This document shows, piece by piece, positions 31,401-45,100 of a stretch of 64,000 nucleotides of DNA (positions are counted from its first letter, which is position 1; each line of letters opens with the position of its first letter). Origin of the DNA: Eledone cirrhosa (Eukaryota). The position numbers were made by a program, and so were the translations under genes. Below the pieces are notes generated by a model that had not been told where the DNA came from, made no database searches, and saw nothing but the letters and a program-made list of their open reading frames with translations. Location: NCBI GenBank assembly GCA_964016885.1, contig OZ024744.1, positions 30,814,001-30,878,000 on the forward strand, written 5' to 3'.

Positions 31401-32760
31401 GAAACAGTTCTAGTCCTGTAGAATCTCATCTATATTAACATTTTTGATACCCTAATTCCTGATGATTTCTAAAGAATGAAACAGTTCTAGTCATCTAGAA
31501 TCTCATCTATATTAACATTTTTTGATACCCAGATTCCTGATGAATTCTAAAGAATGAAACAGTTCAAGTCCTGTAGAATCTCATCTATATTAACATTTTT
31601 GATACCCAGATTCCTGATGATTTCTAAAGAATGAAACAGTTCTAGTCCTGTAGAATCTCATGTATATTAACAATTTTTGATACCCAGATTCCTGATGATT
31701 TCTAAAGAATGAAACAGTTCTAGTCCTGTAGAATCTCATATACATTAAATTTTTTAGATAGCCAGATTCCTGATGATTTCTAAAGAATGAAACAGTTCTA
31801 GTCCTGTAGAATCTCAACTATATTAACATTTTTTGACACCCAGATTCCTGATGATTTCTAAAGAATGAAACAGTTCTATTCCTGTAGAATCTCATCTATA
31901 TTAAAAAATGTTGATACCCAAAATCCTGATGAGTTCTAAAGAATGAAACACCTATAGTCCTGTAGAACCTCATAAATATTAACATTTTTTGATACCCAGA
32001 TTCCTGATGATTTCTAAAGAATGAAACAGTTCTAGTCCTGTAGAATCTCATCTATACTAAAATTTTTTGATACCTAGATTCCTGGAGATTTCTAAAGAAT
32101 GAAACAGTTCTAGTCCTGTAGAATCTCATCTATATTAAAAATTTTTGATACCCAGATTCCTGATGATTTCTAAAGAATCAAACAGCTCTAGTGCTGTAGA
32201 ACCTCATCTATATTAACATTTTTTGATACCCAGATTCCTGAAGATTTCTAAAGAATGAAACAGTTCTAGTCCTGTAGAATCTCATATATATTAACATTTT
32301 TTGACACCCAGATTCCTGATGATTTCTAAAGAATGAAACAGTCCTAGTCGTGTAGCATCTCATCTATATTAAACATTTTTGATACCCAGATTTCTGATGA
32401 TTTCTAAAGAATGAAACAGTTCTCGTCCTGTAGAATCTCATCTATATTAAAAAATGTTGATACCCAGATTCCTGTTGTTTTCTAAAGAATGAAACAGTTC
32501 TAGTCCTGTAGAATATCATCTATATTAAAATTTTTTGATACCCAGATTCCTGATGATTTCTAAAGAATGAAACAGTTGTAGTTCAGTAGAATCTCATCTA
32601 TATTAAAATTTTTTGACACCCAGATTCCTGATGATTTCTAAAGAATGAAACAGATCTAGTCCTGTAGAATCTCATCTATATTAACATTTTTTGATACCCA
32701 GATTCCTGATGATTTCTAAAGAATGAAACAGTTCTAGTCCTGTAGAATCTCATCTATATT
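15250..32760. repeat. Higher-order tandem duplication of an 8723-bp (about 112-monomer) block
   Basis: Offset 8723 for CCCGGATTC (15952/24675 and 20780/29503), CTGTAAAATC (17709/26432), GTTGTAGTCG (15441/24164) and the identical ORF-track entries at 22867 and 31590. Boundaries approximate. Confidence 0.9.
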
Positions 32761-35700
32761 AACATTTGTTGATACCCAGATTCCTGATGATTTCTAAAGT
32801 ATGAAACAGTTCTAGTCCTGTAGAATCTCATCTATATTAACATTTTTTGATACCCAGATATCTGATGAATTCTAAAGAATGAAACAGTTCTAGTCCTGTA
32901 GAATCTCATCTATATTAAAATTTTTGGATACCCAGATTCCTGATGATTTCTAAAGAATGAAACAGTTCTAGTCCTTTAGAATCACATCCATATTAAAATT
33001 TTTTGATACCCAGATTCCTGATGATTTCTAAAGAATGAAACAGTTGTAGTCCTGTAGAATCTCATCTATATTAAAAATTCTTGATACCCAGATTCCTGAT
33101 GATTTCTAAAGAATGAAACAGTTCTAATCCTGTAGAATCTCATCTATATTAAACATTTTTGATACCCAGATTCCTGATAATTTGTAAAGAATGAAACAGT
33201 TCTAGTCCTGTAGAATCTCATTTATATTAAAAAATGTTGATACCCAGATTCCTGATGATTTCTAAAGAATGAAACACCTCTAGTCCTGTAGAACCTCATC
33301 AATATTAACATTTTTTGATACCCAGATTCCTGATGATTTCTAAAGAATGAAACAGTTCTAGTCCTGTAGAATCTCATATATATTAACATTTTTTGACACC
33401 CAGATTCCGGATGATTTCTAAAGAATGAAACATTTCTAGTACTGTAGAATCTCATCTATATTAACATTTTTTGATACCCAGATTCCTGATGATTTCTAAA
33501 GAATGAACCTGTTCTAGTCCTGTAGAATCTCAGCTATACTAAAATTTTTTGATACCCAGATTCCTGGAGATTTCTGAAGAATGAAACAGTTCTAGTCCTG
33601 TAGAATCTAATGTATATTAAAAATTTTTGATACCCAGATTCCTGATGATTTCTAAAGAATGAAACAGCTCTAGTCCTGTAGAACCTCATCTATATTAACA
33701 TTTTTTGATACGCAGATTCCTGATGATTTCTAAAGAATGAAACAGTTCTAGTCCTGTAGAATCTCATATATATTAACATTTTTTGACACCCCGATTCCTG
33801 ATGATTTCTAAAGAATGAAACAGTCCTAGTCGTGTAGCATCTCATCTATATTAAACATTTTTGATATCCAGATTCCTGATGATTTCTAAAGAATGAAACA
33901 GTTCTCGTCCTGTAGAATCTCATCTATATTAACATTTGTTGATACCCAGATTCCTGATGATTTCTAAAGAATGAACCTGTTCAAGTCCTGTAGAATCTCA
34001 TCTATATTAAAAAATGTTGATACCCAGATTCCTGTTGTTTTCTAAAGAATGAAACAGTTCTAGTCCTGTAGAATATCATCTATATTAAAATTTTTTGATA
34101 CCCAGATTCCTGATGATTTCTAAAGAATGAAACAGTTGTAGTTCAGTAGAATCTCATCTATATTAAAATTTGTTGATACCCAGAATCCTGATGATTTCTA
34201 AAGAATGAAACAGATCTAGTCCTGTAGAATCTCATCTATATTAACATTATTTGATACCCAGATTCCTGATGATTTCTAAAGAATGAAACAGTTCTAGTCC
34301 TGTAGAATCTCATCTATATTAACATTTGTTGATACCCAGATTCCTGATGATTTCTAAAGAATGAAACAGTTCTAGTCCTGTAGAATCTCATCTATATTAA
34401 CATTTTTTGATACCCAGATTCCTGATGAATTCTAAAGAATGAAACAGTTCTAGTCCTGTAGAATCTCATCTATATTAACATTTTTTGATACCCAGATTCC
34501 TGATGAATTCTAAAGAATGAAACAGTTCTAGTCCTGTAGAATCTCATCTATATTAAAATTTTTTGATACCCAGATTCCTGATGATTTCTAAAGAATGAAG
34601 CAGTTGTAGTTCAGTAGAATCTCATCTATATTAAAATTTTTTGATACCCCGATTCCTGATGATTTCTAAAGAATGAAACAGTTCTAGTCCTTTAGAATCT
34701 CATCCATATTAAACATTTTTGATACCCAGATTCCTGATAATTTGTAAAGAATGAAACAGTTCTAGTCCTGTAGAATCTCATCTATATTAAAAATTCTTGA
34801 TACCCACATTCCTGATGATTTCTAAAGAATGAAACAGTTCTAATCCTGTAGAATCTCATCTATATTAACATTTTTTGATACCCAGATTCCTGATGATTTC
34901 TAAAGAATGAACCAGTTCTAGTCCTGTAGAATCTCATCTATATTAAAAAATGTTGATACCCAGATTCCTGATGATTTCTAAAGAATGAAACACCTCTAGT
35001 CCTGTAGAACCTCATCAATATTAACATTTTTTGATACCCAGATTCCTGATGATTTCTAAAGAATGAAACAGTTCTAGTCCTGTAGAATCTCATATATATT
35101 AACATTTTTTGACACCCAGATTCCGGATGATTTCTAAAGAATGAAACAGTTCTAGTACTGTAGAATCTCATCTATATTAACATTTTTTGATACCCAGATT
35201 CCTGATGATTTCTAAAGAATAAACCTGTTCTAGTCCTGTAGAATCTCAGCTATACTAAAATTTTTTGATACCCAGATTCCTGGAGATTTCTAAAGAATGA
35301 AACAGTTCTAGTCCTGTAGAATTTCATCTATATTAAAAATTTTTGATACCCAGATTCCTGATGATTTCTAAAGAATGAAACAGCTCTAGTCCTGTAGAAC
35401 CTCATCTATATTAACATTTTTTGATACGCAGATTCCTGATGATTTCTAAAGAATGAAACAGTTCTAGTCCTGTAGAATCTCATATATATTAACATTTTTT
35501 GACACCCAGATTCCTGATGATTTCTAAAGAATGAAACAGTCCTAGTCGTGTAGCATCTCATCTATATTAAACATTTTTGATACCCAGATTCCTGATGATT
35601 TCTAAAGAATGAAACAGTTCTAGTCCTGTAGAATCTCATCTATATTAACATTTTTTGAAACCCAGATTCCTGATGAATTCTGAAGAATGAAACAGTTCTA

Positions 35701-38700
35701 GTCCTGTAGAATCTCATCTATATTAAAATTTTTTGATACCCCGATTCCTGATGATTTCTAAAGAATGAAACAGTTCTAGTCCTGTAGAATCTCAACTATA
35801 TTAACATTTTTTGACACCCAGATTCCTGATGATTTATAAAGAATGAAACAGTTCTCTTCCTGTAGAATCTCATCTATATTAAAAAATGTTGATACCCAAA
35901 TTCCTGATGATTTCTAAAGAATGAAACACCTCTAGTCCTGTAGAACCTCATAAATATTAACATTTTTTGATACCCAGATTCCTGATGATTTCTAAAGAAT
36001 GAAACAGTTCTAGTCCTGTAGAATCTCATATATATATACATTTTTTGACACCCAGATTCCGGATGATTTCTAAAGAATGAAACAGTTCTAGTACTGTAGA
36101 ATCTCATCTATATTAAAATTTTTTGATACCCAGATTCCTGATGATTTCTAAAGAATGAACCTTTTCTAGTCCTGTAGAATCTCATATATATTAACATTTT
36201 TTGACACCCAGATTCCTGATGATTTCTAAAGAATGAAACAGTCCTAGTCGTGTAGCATCTCATCTATATTAAACATTTTTGATACCCAGATTCCTGATGA
36301 TTTCTAAAGAATGAAACAGTTCTAGTTCTGTAGAATATCATCTATATTAAAATTTTTTGATACCCAGACTCCTGATGATTTCTAAAGAATGAAACAGTTG
36401 TAGTTCAGTAGAATGTCATCTATATTAAAATTTTTTGATACCCAGATTCCTGATGATTTCTAAAGAATGAAACAGATCTAGTCCTGTAGAATCTCATCTA
36501 TATTAACATTTTTTGATACCCAGATTCCTGATGATTTCTAAAGAATGAAACAGTTCTAGACCTGTAGAATCTCATCTATATTAACATTTGTTGATACCCA
36601 GATTCCTGATGATTTCTAAAGAATGAAACAGTTCTAGTCCTGTAGAATCTCATCTATATTAAAATTTTTGGATACCCAGATTCCTGATGATTTCTAAAGA
36701 ATGAAACAGTTCTAGTCCTTTAGAATCACATCCATATTAAAATTTTTTGATACCCAGATTCCTGATGATTTCTAAAGAATGAAACAGTTCTAGTCCTGTA
36801 GAATCTCATCTATATTAAAATTTTTTGATACCCAGATTCCTGATGATTTCTAAAGAATGAAACAGTTCTAGTCCTGTAGAATCTCATCTATATTAAAATT
36901 TTTGGATCCCCAGATTCCTGATGATTTCTAAAGAATGAAACAGTTCTAGTCCTTTAGAATCTCATCCATATTAAACATTTTTGATACCCAGATTCCTGAT
37001 AATTTGTAAAGAATGAAACAGTTCTAGTCCTGTAGAATCTCATCTATATTAAAAATTCTTGATACCCAGATTCCTGATGATTTCTAAAGAATGAAACAGT
37101 TCTAATCCTGTAGAATCTCATCTATATTAACTTTTTTGATACCCAGATTCCTGATGATTTCTAAAGAATGAAACAGTTCTAGTCCTGTAGAATCTCATCT
37201 ATATTAAAAAATGTTGATACCCAGATTCCTGATGATTTCTAAAGAATGAAACACCTCTAGTCCTGTAGAACCTCATCAATATTAACATTTTTTGATACCC
37301 AGATTCCTGATGATTTCTAAAGAATGAAACAGTTCTAGTCCTGTAGAATCTCATATATATTAACATTTTTTCACACCCAGATTCCGGATGATTTCTAAAG
37401 AATGAAACAGTTCTAGTACTGTAGAATCTCATCTATATTAACATTTTTTGATACCCAATTCCTGATGATTTCTAAAGAATGAACCTGTTCTAGTCCTGTA
37501 GAATCTCAGCTATACTAAAATTTTTTGATACCCAGATTCCTGGAGATTTCTAAAGAATGAAACAGTTCTAGTCCTGTAGAATCTAATCTATATTAAAAAT
37601 TTTTGATACCCAGATTCCTGATGATTTCTAAAGAATGAAACAGCTCTAGTCCTGTAGAACCTCATCTATATTAACATTTTTTGACACCCAGATTCCTGAT
37701 GATTTCTAAAGAATGAAACAGTCCTAGTCGTGTAGCATCTCATCTATATTAAACATTTTTGATACCCAGATTCCTTTTGATTTCTAAAGAATGAAACAGT
37801 TCTCGTCCTGTAGAATCTTATCTATATTAACATTTGTTGATACCCAGATTCCTGATGATTTCTAAAGAATGAAACAGTTCTAGTCCTGTAGAATCTCATC
37901 TATATTAACATTTTTTGATACCCAGATTCCTGATGAATTCTGAAGAATGAAACAGTTCTAGTCCTGTAGAATCTCATCTATATTAACATTTTTGGATACC
38001 CAGATTCCTGATGATTTCTAAAGAATGAAACAGTTCTAGTCCTGTAGAATCTCATCTATATTAACATTTTTTGATACCCCGATTCCTGATGATTTCTAAA
38101 GAATGAAACAGTTCTAGTCCTGTAGAATCTCAACTATATTAACATTTTTTGACACCCAGATTCCTGATGATTTCTAAAGAATGAAACAGTTCTCTTCCTG
38201 TAGAATCTCATCTATATTAAAAAATGTTGATACCCAAATTCCTGATGATTCCTAAAGAATGAAACACCTCTAGTCTTGTAGAACCTCATAAATATTAACA
38301 TTTTTTGATACCCAGATTCCTGATGATTTCTAAAGAATGAAACAGTTCTAGTCCTGTAGAATCTCATATATATTAACATTTTTTCACACCCAGATTCCGG
38401 ATGATTTCTAAAGAATGAAACAGTTCTAGTACTGTAGGATCTCATCTATATTAAAATTTTTTGATACCCAAATTCCTGATGATTTCTAAAGAATGAACCT
38501 GTTCTAGTCCTGTAGAATCTCATCTATACTGAAATTTTTTGATACCCAGATTCCTGGAGATTTCTAAAGAATGAAACAGTTCTAGTCCTGTAGAATCTCA
38601 TCTATATTAAAAATTTTTGATACCCAGATTCCTGATGATTTCTAAAGAATCAAACAGCTCTAGTGCTGTAGAACCTCATCTATATTAACATTTTTTGATA

Positions 38701-39699
38701 CCCAGATTCCTGAAGATTTCTAAAGAATGAAACAGTTCTAGTCCTGTAGAATCTCATATATATTAACATTTTTTGACACCCAGATTCCTGATGATTTCTA
38801 AAGAATGAAACAGTCCTAGTCGTGTAGCATCTCATCTATATTAAACATTTTTGATACCCAGATTCCTGATGATTTCTAAAGAATGAAACAGTTCTCGTCC
38901 TGTAGAATCTCATCTATATTAAAAAATGTTGATACCCAGATTCCTGATGATTTCTAAAGAATGAAACAGTTCTAGTCCTGTAGAATCTCATCTATATTAA
39001 AATTTTTTGATACCCCGATTCCTGATGATTTCTAAAGAATGAAACAGTTCTAGTCCTGTAGAATCTCATCTATATTAAAATTTTTGGATACCCAGATTCC
39101 TGATGATTTCTAAAGAATGAAACAGTTCTAGTCCTTTAGAATCTCATCCATATTAAACATTTTTGATACCCAGATTCCTGATAATTTGTAAAGAATGAAA
39201 CAGTTCTAGTCCTGTAGAATCTCATCTATATTAAAAATTCTTGATACCCAGATTCCTGATGAATTCTAAAGAATGAAACAGTTCAAGTCCTGTAGAATCT
39301 CATCTATATTTACATTTTTTATACCCAGATTCCTGATGATTTCTAAAGAATGAAACAGTTCTAGTCCTGTAGAATCTCATGTATATTAACAATTTTTGAT
39401 ACCCAGATTCCTGATGATTTCTAAACAATGAAACAGTTCTAGTCCTGTAGAATCTCATCTATATTAAAATTTTTTGATACCCCGATTCCTGATGATTTCT
39501 AAAGAATGAAACAGTTCTAGTCCTGTAGAATCTCATCTATATTAAAAATTTTTGATACCCAGATTCCTGATGATTTCTAAAGAATGAAACAGTCCTAGTC
39601 GTGTAGAATCTCATCTATATTAAACATTTTTGATACCCAGATTCCTGATGAATTCTAAAGATTAAAACAGTTCAAGTCCTGTAGAATCTCATCTATATT

Positions 39700-42600
39700 A
39701 ACATTTTTGATACCCAGATTCCTGATGATTTCTAAAGAATGAAACAGTTCTAGTCCTGTAGAATCTCATCTATACTAAAATTTTTTGATACCCAGATTCC
39801 TGGAGATTTCTAAAGAATGAAACAGTTCTAGTCCTGTAGAATCTCATCTATATTAAAAATTTTTGATACCCAGATTCCTGATGATTTCTAAAGAATGAAA
39901 CAGTACTAGTCGTGTAGAATCTCATCTATATTAAACATTTTTGATACCCAGATTCCTGATGAATTCTAAAGAATGAAACAGTTCAAGTCCTGTAGAATCT
40001 CATCTATATTAACATTTTTGATACCCAGATTCCTGATGATTTCTAAAGAATGAAACACCTCTAGTCCTGTAGAACCTCATCTACATTAAATTTTTTAGAT
40101 ACCCAGATTCCTGATGATTTCTAAAGAATGAAACAGTTCTAGTCCTGTAGAATCTCATCTATATTAACATTTTTTGATACCCAGATTCCTGATGATTTCT
40201 AAAGAATGAAACAGTTCTAGTCCTGTAGAATCTCATCTATATTAACATTTTTTGATACCCAGATTCCTGATGATTTCTAAAGAATAAACCTGTTCTAGTC
40301 CTGTAGAATCTCATCTATACTAAAATTTTTTGATACCCAGATTCCTGGAGATTTCTAAAGAATGAAACAGTTCTAGTCCTGTAGAATCTCATCTATATTA
40401 ACATTTTTGATACCCAGATTCCTGATGATTTCTAAAGAATGAAACACCTCTAGTCCTGTAGAACCTCATCTACATTAAATTTTTTAGATACCCAGATTCC
40501 TGATGATTTCTAAAGAATGAAACAGTTCTAGTCCTGTAGAATCTCATCTATATTAACATTTTTTGATACCCAGATTCCTGATGATTTCTAAATAATGAAC
40601 CTGTTCTAGTCCTGTAGAATCTCATCTATACTAAAATTTTTTCATACCCAGATTCCTGGAGATTTCTAAAGAATGAAACAGTTCTAGTCCTGTAGAATCT
40701 CATATACATTAAATTTTTTAGATACCCAGATTCCTGATGATTTCTAAAGAATGAAACAGTTCTAGTCCTGTAGAATCTCATCTATATTAAGATTTTTTGA
40801 CACCCAAATTCCTGATGATTTCTAAAGAATGAAACAGTTCTAGTCCTGTAGAATCTCATCTATGATAAAAAATTTTGATACCCAGATTCCTGATTATTTC
40901 TAAAGAATGAAACAGCTCTAGTCCTGTAGAACCTCATCTATATTAACATTTTTGATATCCAGATTCCTGATGATATCTAAAGTATGAAACAGTTCTAGTC
41001 CTGTAGAATCTCATATATATTAACATTTTTTGACACCCAGATTCCTGATGATTTCTAAAGAATGAAACAGTCCTAGTCGTGTAGCATCTCATCTATATTA
41101 AACATTTTTGATACCCAGATTCCTGATGATTTCTAAAGAATGAAACTGTTCTCGTCCTGTAGAATCTCATCTATATTAAAAAATGTTGATACCCAGATTC
41201 CTGTTGTTTTCTAAAGAATGAAACAGTTCTAGTCCTGTAGAATATCATCTATATTAAAATTTTTTGATACCCAGTTTCCTGATGATTTCTAATGAATGAA
41301 ACAGTTCTAGTCCTGTAGAATCTCATCTATATTAAAAATTTTTGACACCCAGATTCCTGATGATTTCTAAAGAATGAAACAGTTGTAGTTCAGTAGAATC
41401 TGATCTATATTAAAATTTTTTGATACCCAGATTCCTGATGATTTCTAAAGAATGAAACACCTCTAGTACTGTAGAACCTCATCTATATTAACATTTTTTG
41501 ATACCCAGATTCCTGATGATTTCTAAAGAATGAAACAGTTCTAGTCCTGTAGAATCTCATATATATTAACATTTTTTCACAACCAGATTCCTGATGATTT
41601 CTAAAGAATGAAACAGTTCTAGTACTGTAGAATCTCATCTATACTAACATTTTTTGATACCCAGATTCCTGATGATTTCTAAAGAATGAACAAGTTCTAG
41701 TCCTGTAGAATCTCATATATATTAACACTTTTTGATACCCAGATTCCTGATGATTTCTAAAGAATGAAACAGTTCTAGTCCTGTAGAATCTCATCTATAT
41801 TAACATTTTTTGATACCCAGATTCCTGTTGATTTCTAAAGAATGAACCAGTTCTAGTCCTGTAGAATCTCATCTATATTAACATTTTTTGATACCCAGAT
41901 TCCTGATGATTTCTAAAGAATGAAACAGTTCTAGTCCTGTAGAATCTCATCTATATTAAAAAATTTTGATACCCAGATTCCTGATGATTTCTAAAGAATG
42001 AAACAGTTCTAGTCCTGTAGAATCTCATCTATATTAAAATTTTTTGATACCCAGATTCCTGATGATTTCTAAAGAATGAAACAGTTCTAGTCCTTTAGAA
42101 TCTCATCCATATTAAAATTTTTTGATACCCAGATTCCTGATGATTTCTAAAGAATGAAACAGTTCTAGTCCTGTAGAATCTCATCTATATTAAAAATTTT
42201 TGATACCCAGATTCCTGATGATTTCTAAAGAATGAAACAGTCCTAGTCGTGTAGAATCTCATCTATATTAAACATTTTTGATACCCAGATTCCTGATGAA
42301 TTCTAAAGATTAAAACAGTTCAAGTCCTGTAGAATCTCATCTATATTAACATTTTTGATACCCAGATTCCTGATGATTTCTAAAGAATGAAACTGTTCTA
42401 GTCCTGTAGAATCTCATCTATATTAACATCTTTTGATACCCAGATTCCTGATGAATTCTAAAGAATGAAACAGTTCTAGTCCTGTAGAATCTCATCTATA
42501 TTAACATTTTTGATACCCTGATTCCTGATGATTTCTAAAGAATGAAACAGTTCTAGTCATCTAGAATCTCATCTATATTAACATTTTTTGATACCCAGAT

Positions 42601-45100
42601 TCCTGATGAATTCTAAAGAATGAAACAGTTCAAGTCCTGTAGAATCTCATCTATATTAACATTTTTGATACCCAGATTCCTGATGATTTCTAAAGAATGA
42701 AACAGTTCTAGTCCTGTAGAATCTCATCTATACTAAAATTTTTTGATACCCAGATTCCTGGAGATTTCTAAAGAATGAAACAGTTCTAGTCCTGTAGAAT
42801 CTCATCTATATTAAAAATTTTTGATACCCAGATTCCTGATGATTTCTAAAGAATGAAACAGTACTAGTCGTGTAGAATCTCATCTATATTAAACATTTTT
42901 GATACCCAGATTCCTGATGAATTCTAAAGAATGAAACAGTTCAAGTCCTGTAGAATCTCATCTATATTAACATTTTTGATACCCAGATTCCTGATGATTT
43001 CTAAAGAATGAAACACCTCTAGTCCTGTAGAACCTCATCTACATTAAATTTTTTAGATACCCAGATTCCTGATGATTTCTAAAGAATGAAACAGTTCTAG
43101 TCCTGTAGAATCTCATCTATATTAACATTTTTTGATACCCAGATTCCTGATGATTTCTAAAGAATGAAACAGTTCTAGTCCTGTAGAATCTCATCTATAT
43201 TAACATTTTTTGATACCCAGATTCCTGATGATTTCTAAAGAATAAACCTGTTCTAGTCCTGTAGAATCTCATCTATACTAAAATTTTTTGATACCCAGAT
43301 TCCTGGAGATTTCTAAAGAATGAAACAGTTCTAGTCCTGTAGAATCTCATCTATATTAACATTTTTGATACCCAGATTTCTGATGATTTCTAAAGAATGA
43401 AACACCTCTAGTCCTGTAGAACCTCATCTACATTAAATTTTTTAGATACCCAGATTCCTGATGATTTCTAAAGAATGAAACAGTTCTAGTCCTGTAGAAT
43501 CTCATCTATATTAACATTTTTTGATACCCAGATTCCTGATGATTTCTAAATAATGAACCTGTTCTAGTCCTGTAGAATCTCATCTATACTAAAATTTTTT
43601 CATACCCAGATTCCTGGAGATTTCTAAAGAATGAAACAGTTCTAGTCCTGTAGAATCTCATATACATTAAATTTTTTAGATACCCAGATTCCTGATGATT
43701 TCTAAAGAATGAAACAGTTCTAGTCCTGTAGAATCTCATCTATATAAAGATTTTTTGACACCCAAATTCCTGATGATTTCTAAAGAATGAAACAGTTCTA
43801 GTCCTGTAGAATCTCATCTATGATAAAAAATTTTGATACCCAGATTCCTGATTATTTCTAAAGAATGAAACAGCTCTAGTCCTGTAGAACCTCATCTATA
43901 TTAACATTTTTTGATATGCAGATTCCTGATGATATCTAAAGTATGAAACAGTTCTAGTCCTGTAGAATCTCATATATATTAACATTTTTTGACACCCAGA
44001 TTCCTGATGATTTCTAAAGAATGAAACAGTCCTAGTCGTGTAGCATCTCATCTATATTAAACATTTTTGATACCCAGATTCCTGATGATTTCTAAAGAAT
44101 GAAACTGTTCTCGTCCTGTAGAATCTCATCTATATTAAAAAATGTTGATACCCAGATTCCTGTTGTTTTCTAAAGAATGAAACAGTTCTAGTCCTGTAGA
44201 ATATCATCTATATTAAAATTTTTTGATACCCAGTTTCCTGATGATTTCTAATGAATGAAACAGTTCTAGTCCTGTAGAATCTCATCTATATTAAAAATTT
44301 TTGACACCCAGATTCCTGATGATTTCTAAAGAATGAAACAGTTGTAGTTCAGTAGAATCTGATCTATATTAAAATTTTTTGATACCCAGATTCCTGATGA
44401 TTTCTAAAGAATGAAACACCTCTAGTACTGTAGAACCTCATCTATATTAACATTTTTTGATACCCAGATTCCTGATGATTTCTAAAGAATGAAACAGTTC
44501 TAGTCCTGTAGAATCTCATATATATTAACATTTTTTCACAACCAGATTCCTGATGATTTCTAAAGAATGAAACAGTTCTAGTACTGTAGAATCTCATCTA
44601 TACTAAAATTTTTTGATACCCAGATTCCTGATGATTTCTAAAGAATGAACAAGTTCTAGTCCTGTAGAATCTCATATATATTAACACTTTTTGATACCCA
44701 GATTCCTGATGATTTCTAAAGAATGAAACAGTTCTAGTCCTGTAGAATCTCATCTATATTAACATTTTTTGATACCCAGATTCCTGTTGATTTCTAAAGA
44801 ATGAACCAGTTCTAGTCCTGTAGAATCTCATCTATATTAACATTTTTTGATACCCAGATTCCTGATGATTTCTAAAGAATGAAACAGTTCTAGTCCTGTA
44901 GAATCTCATCTATATTAAAAAATTTTGATACCCAGATTCCTGATGATTTCTAAAGAATGAAACAGTTCTAGTCCTGTAGAATCTCATCTATATTAAAATT
45001 TTTTGATACCCAGATTCCTGATGATTTCTAAAGAATGAAACAGTTCTAGTCCTTTAGAATCTCATCCATATTAAAATTTTTTGATACCCAGATTCCTGAT
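39700..45100. repeat. Higher-order repeat of about 2958 bp (38 monomers), with related partial copies further right
   Basis: The TATGATAAAA variant occurs at 40861 and 43819 (offset 2958) and again at 48260. ORF-track entries at 47097 and 50057 are 2960 apart. Boundaries approximate. Confidence 0.75.
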
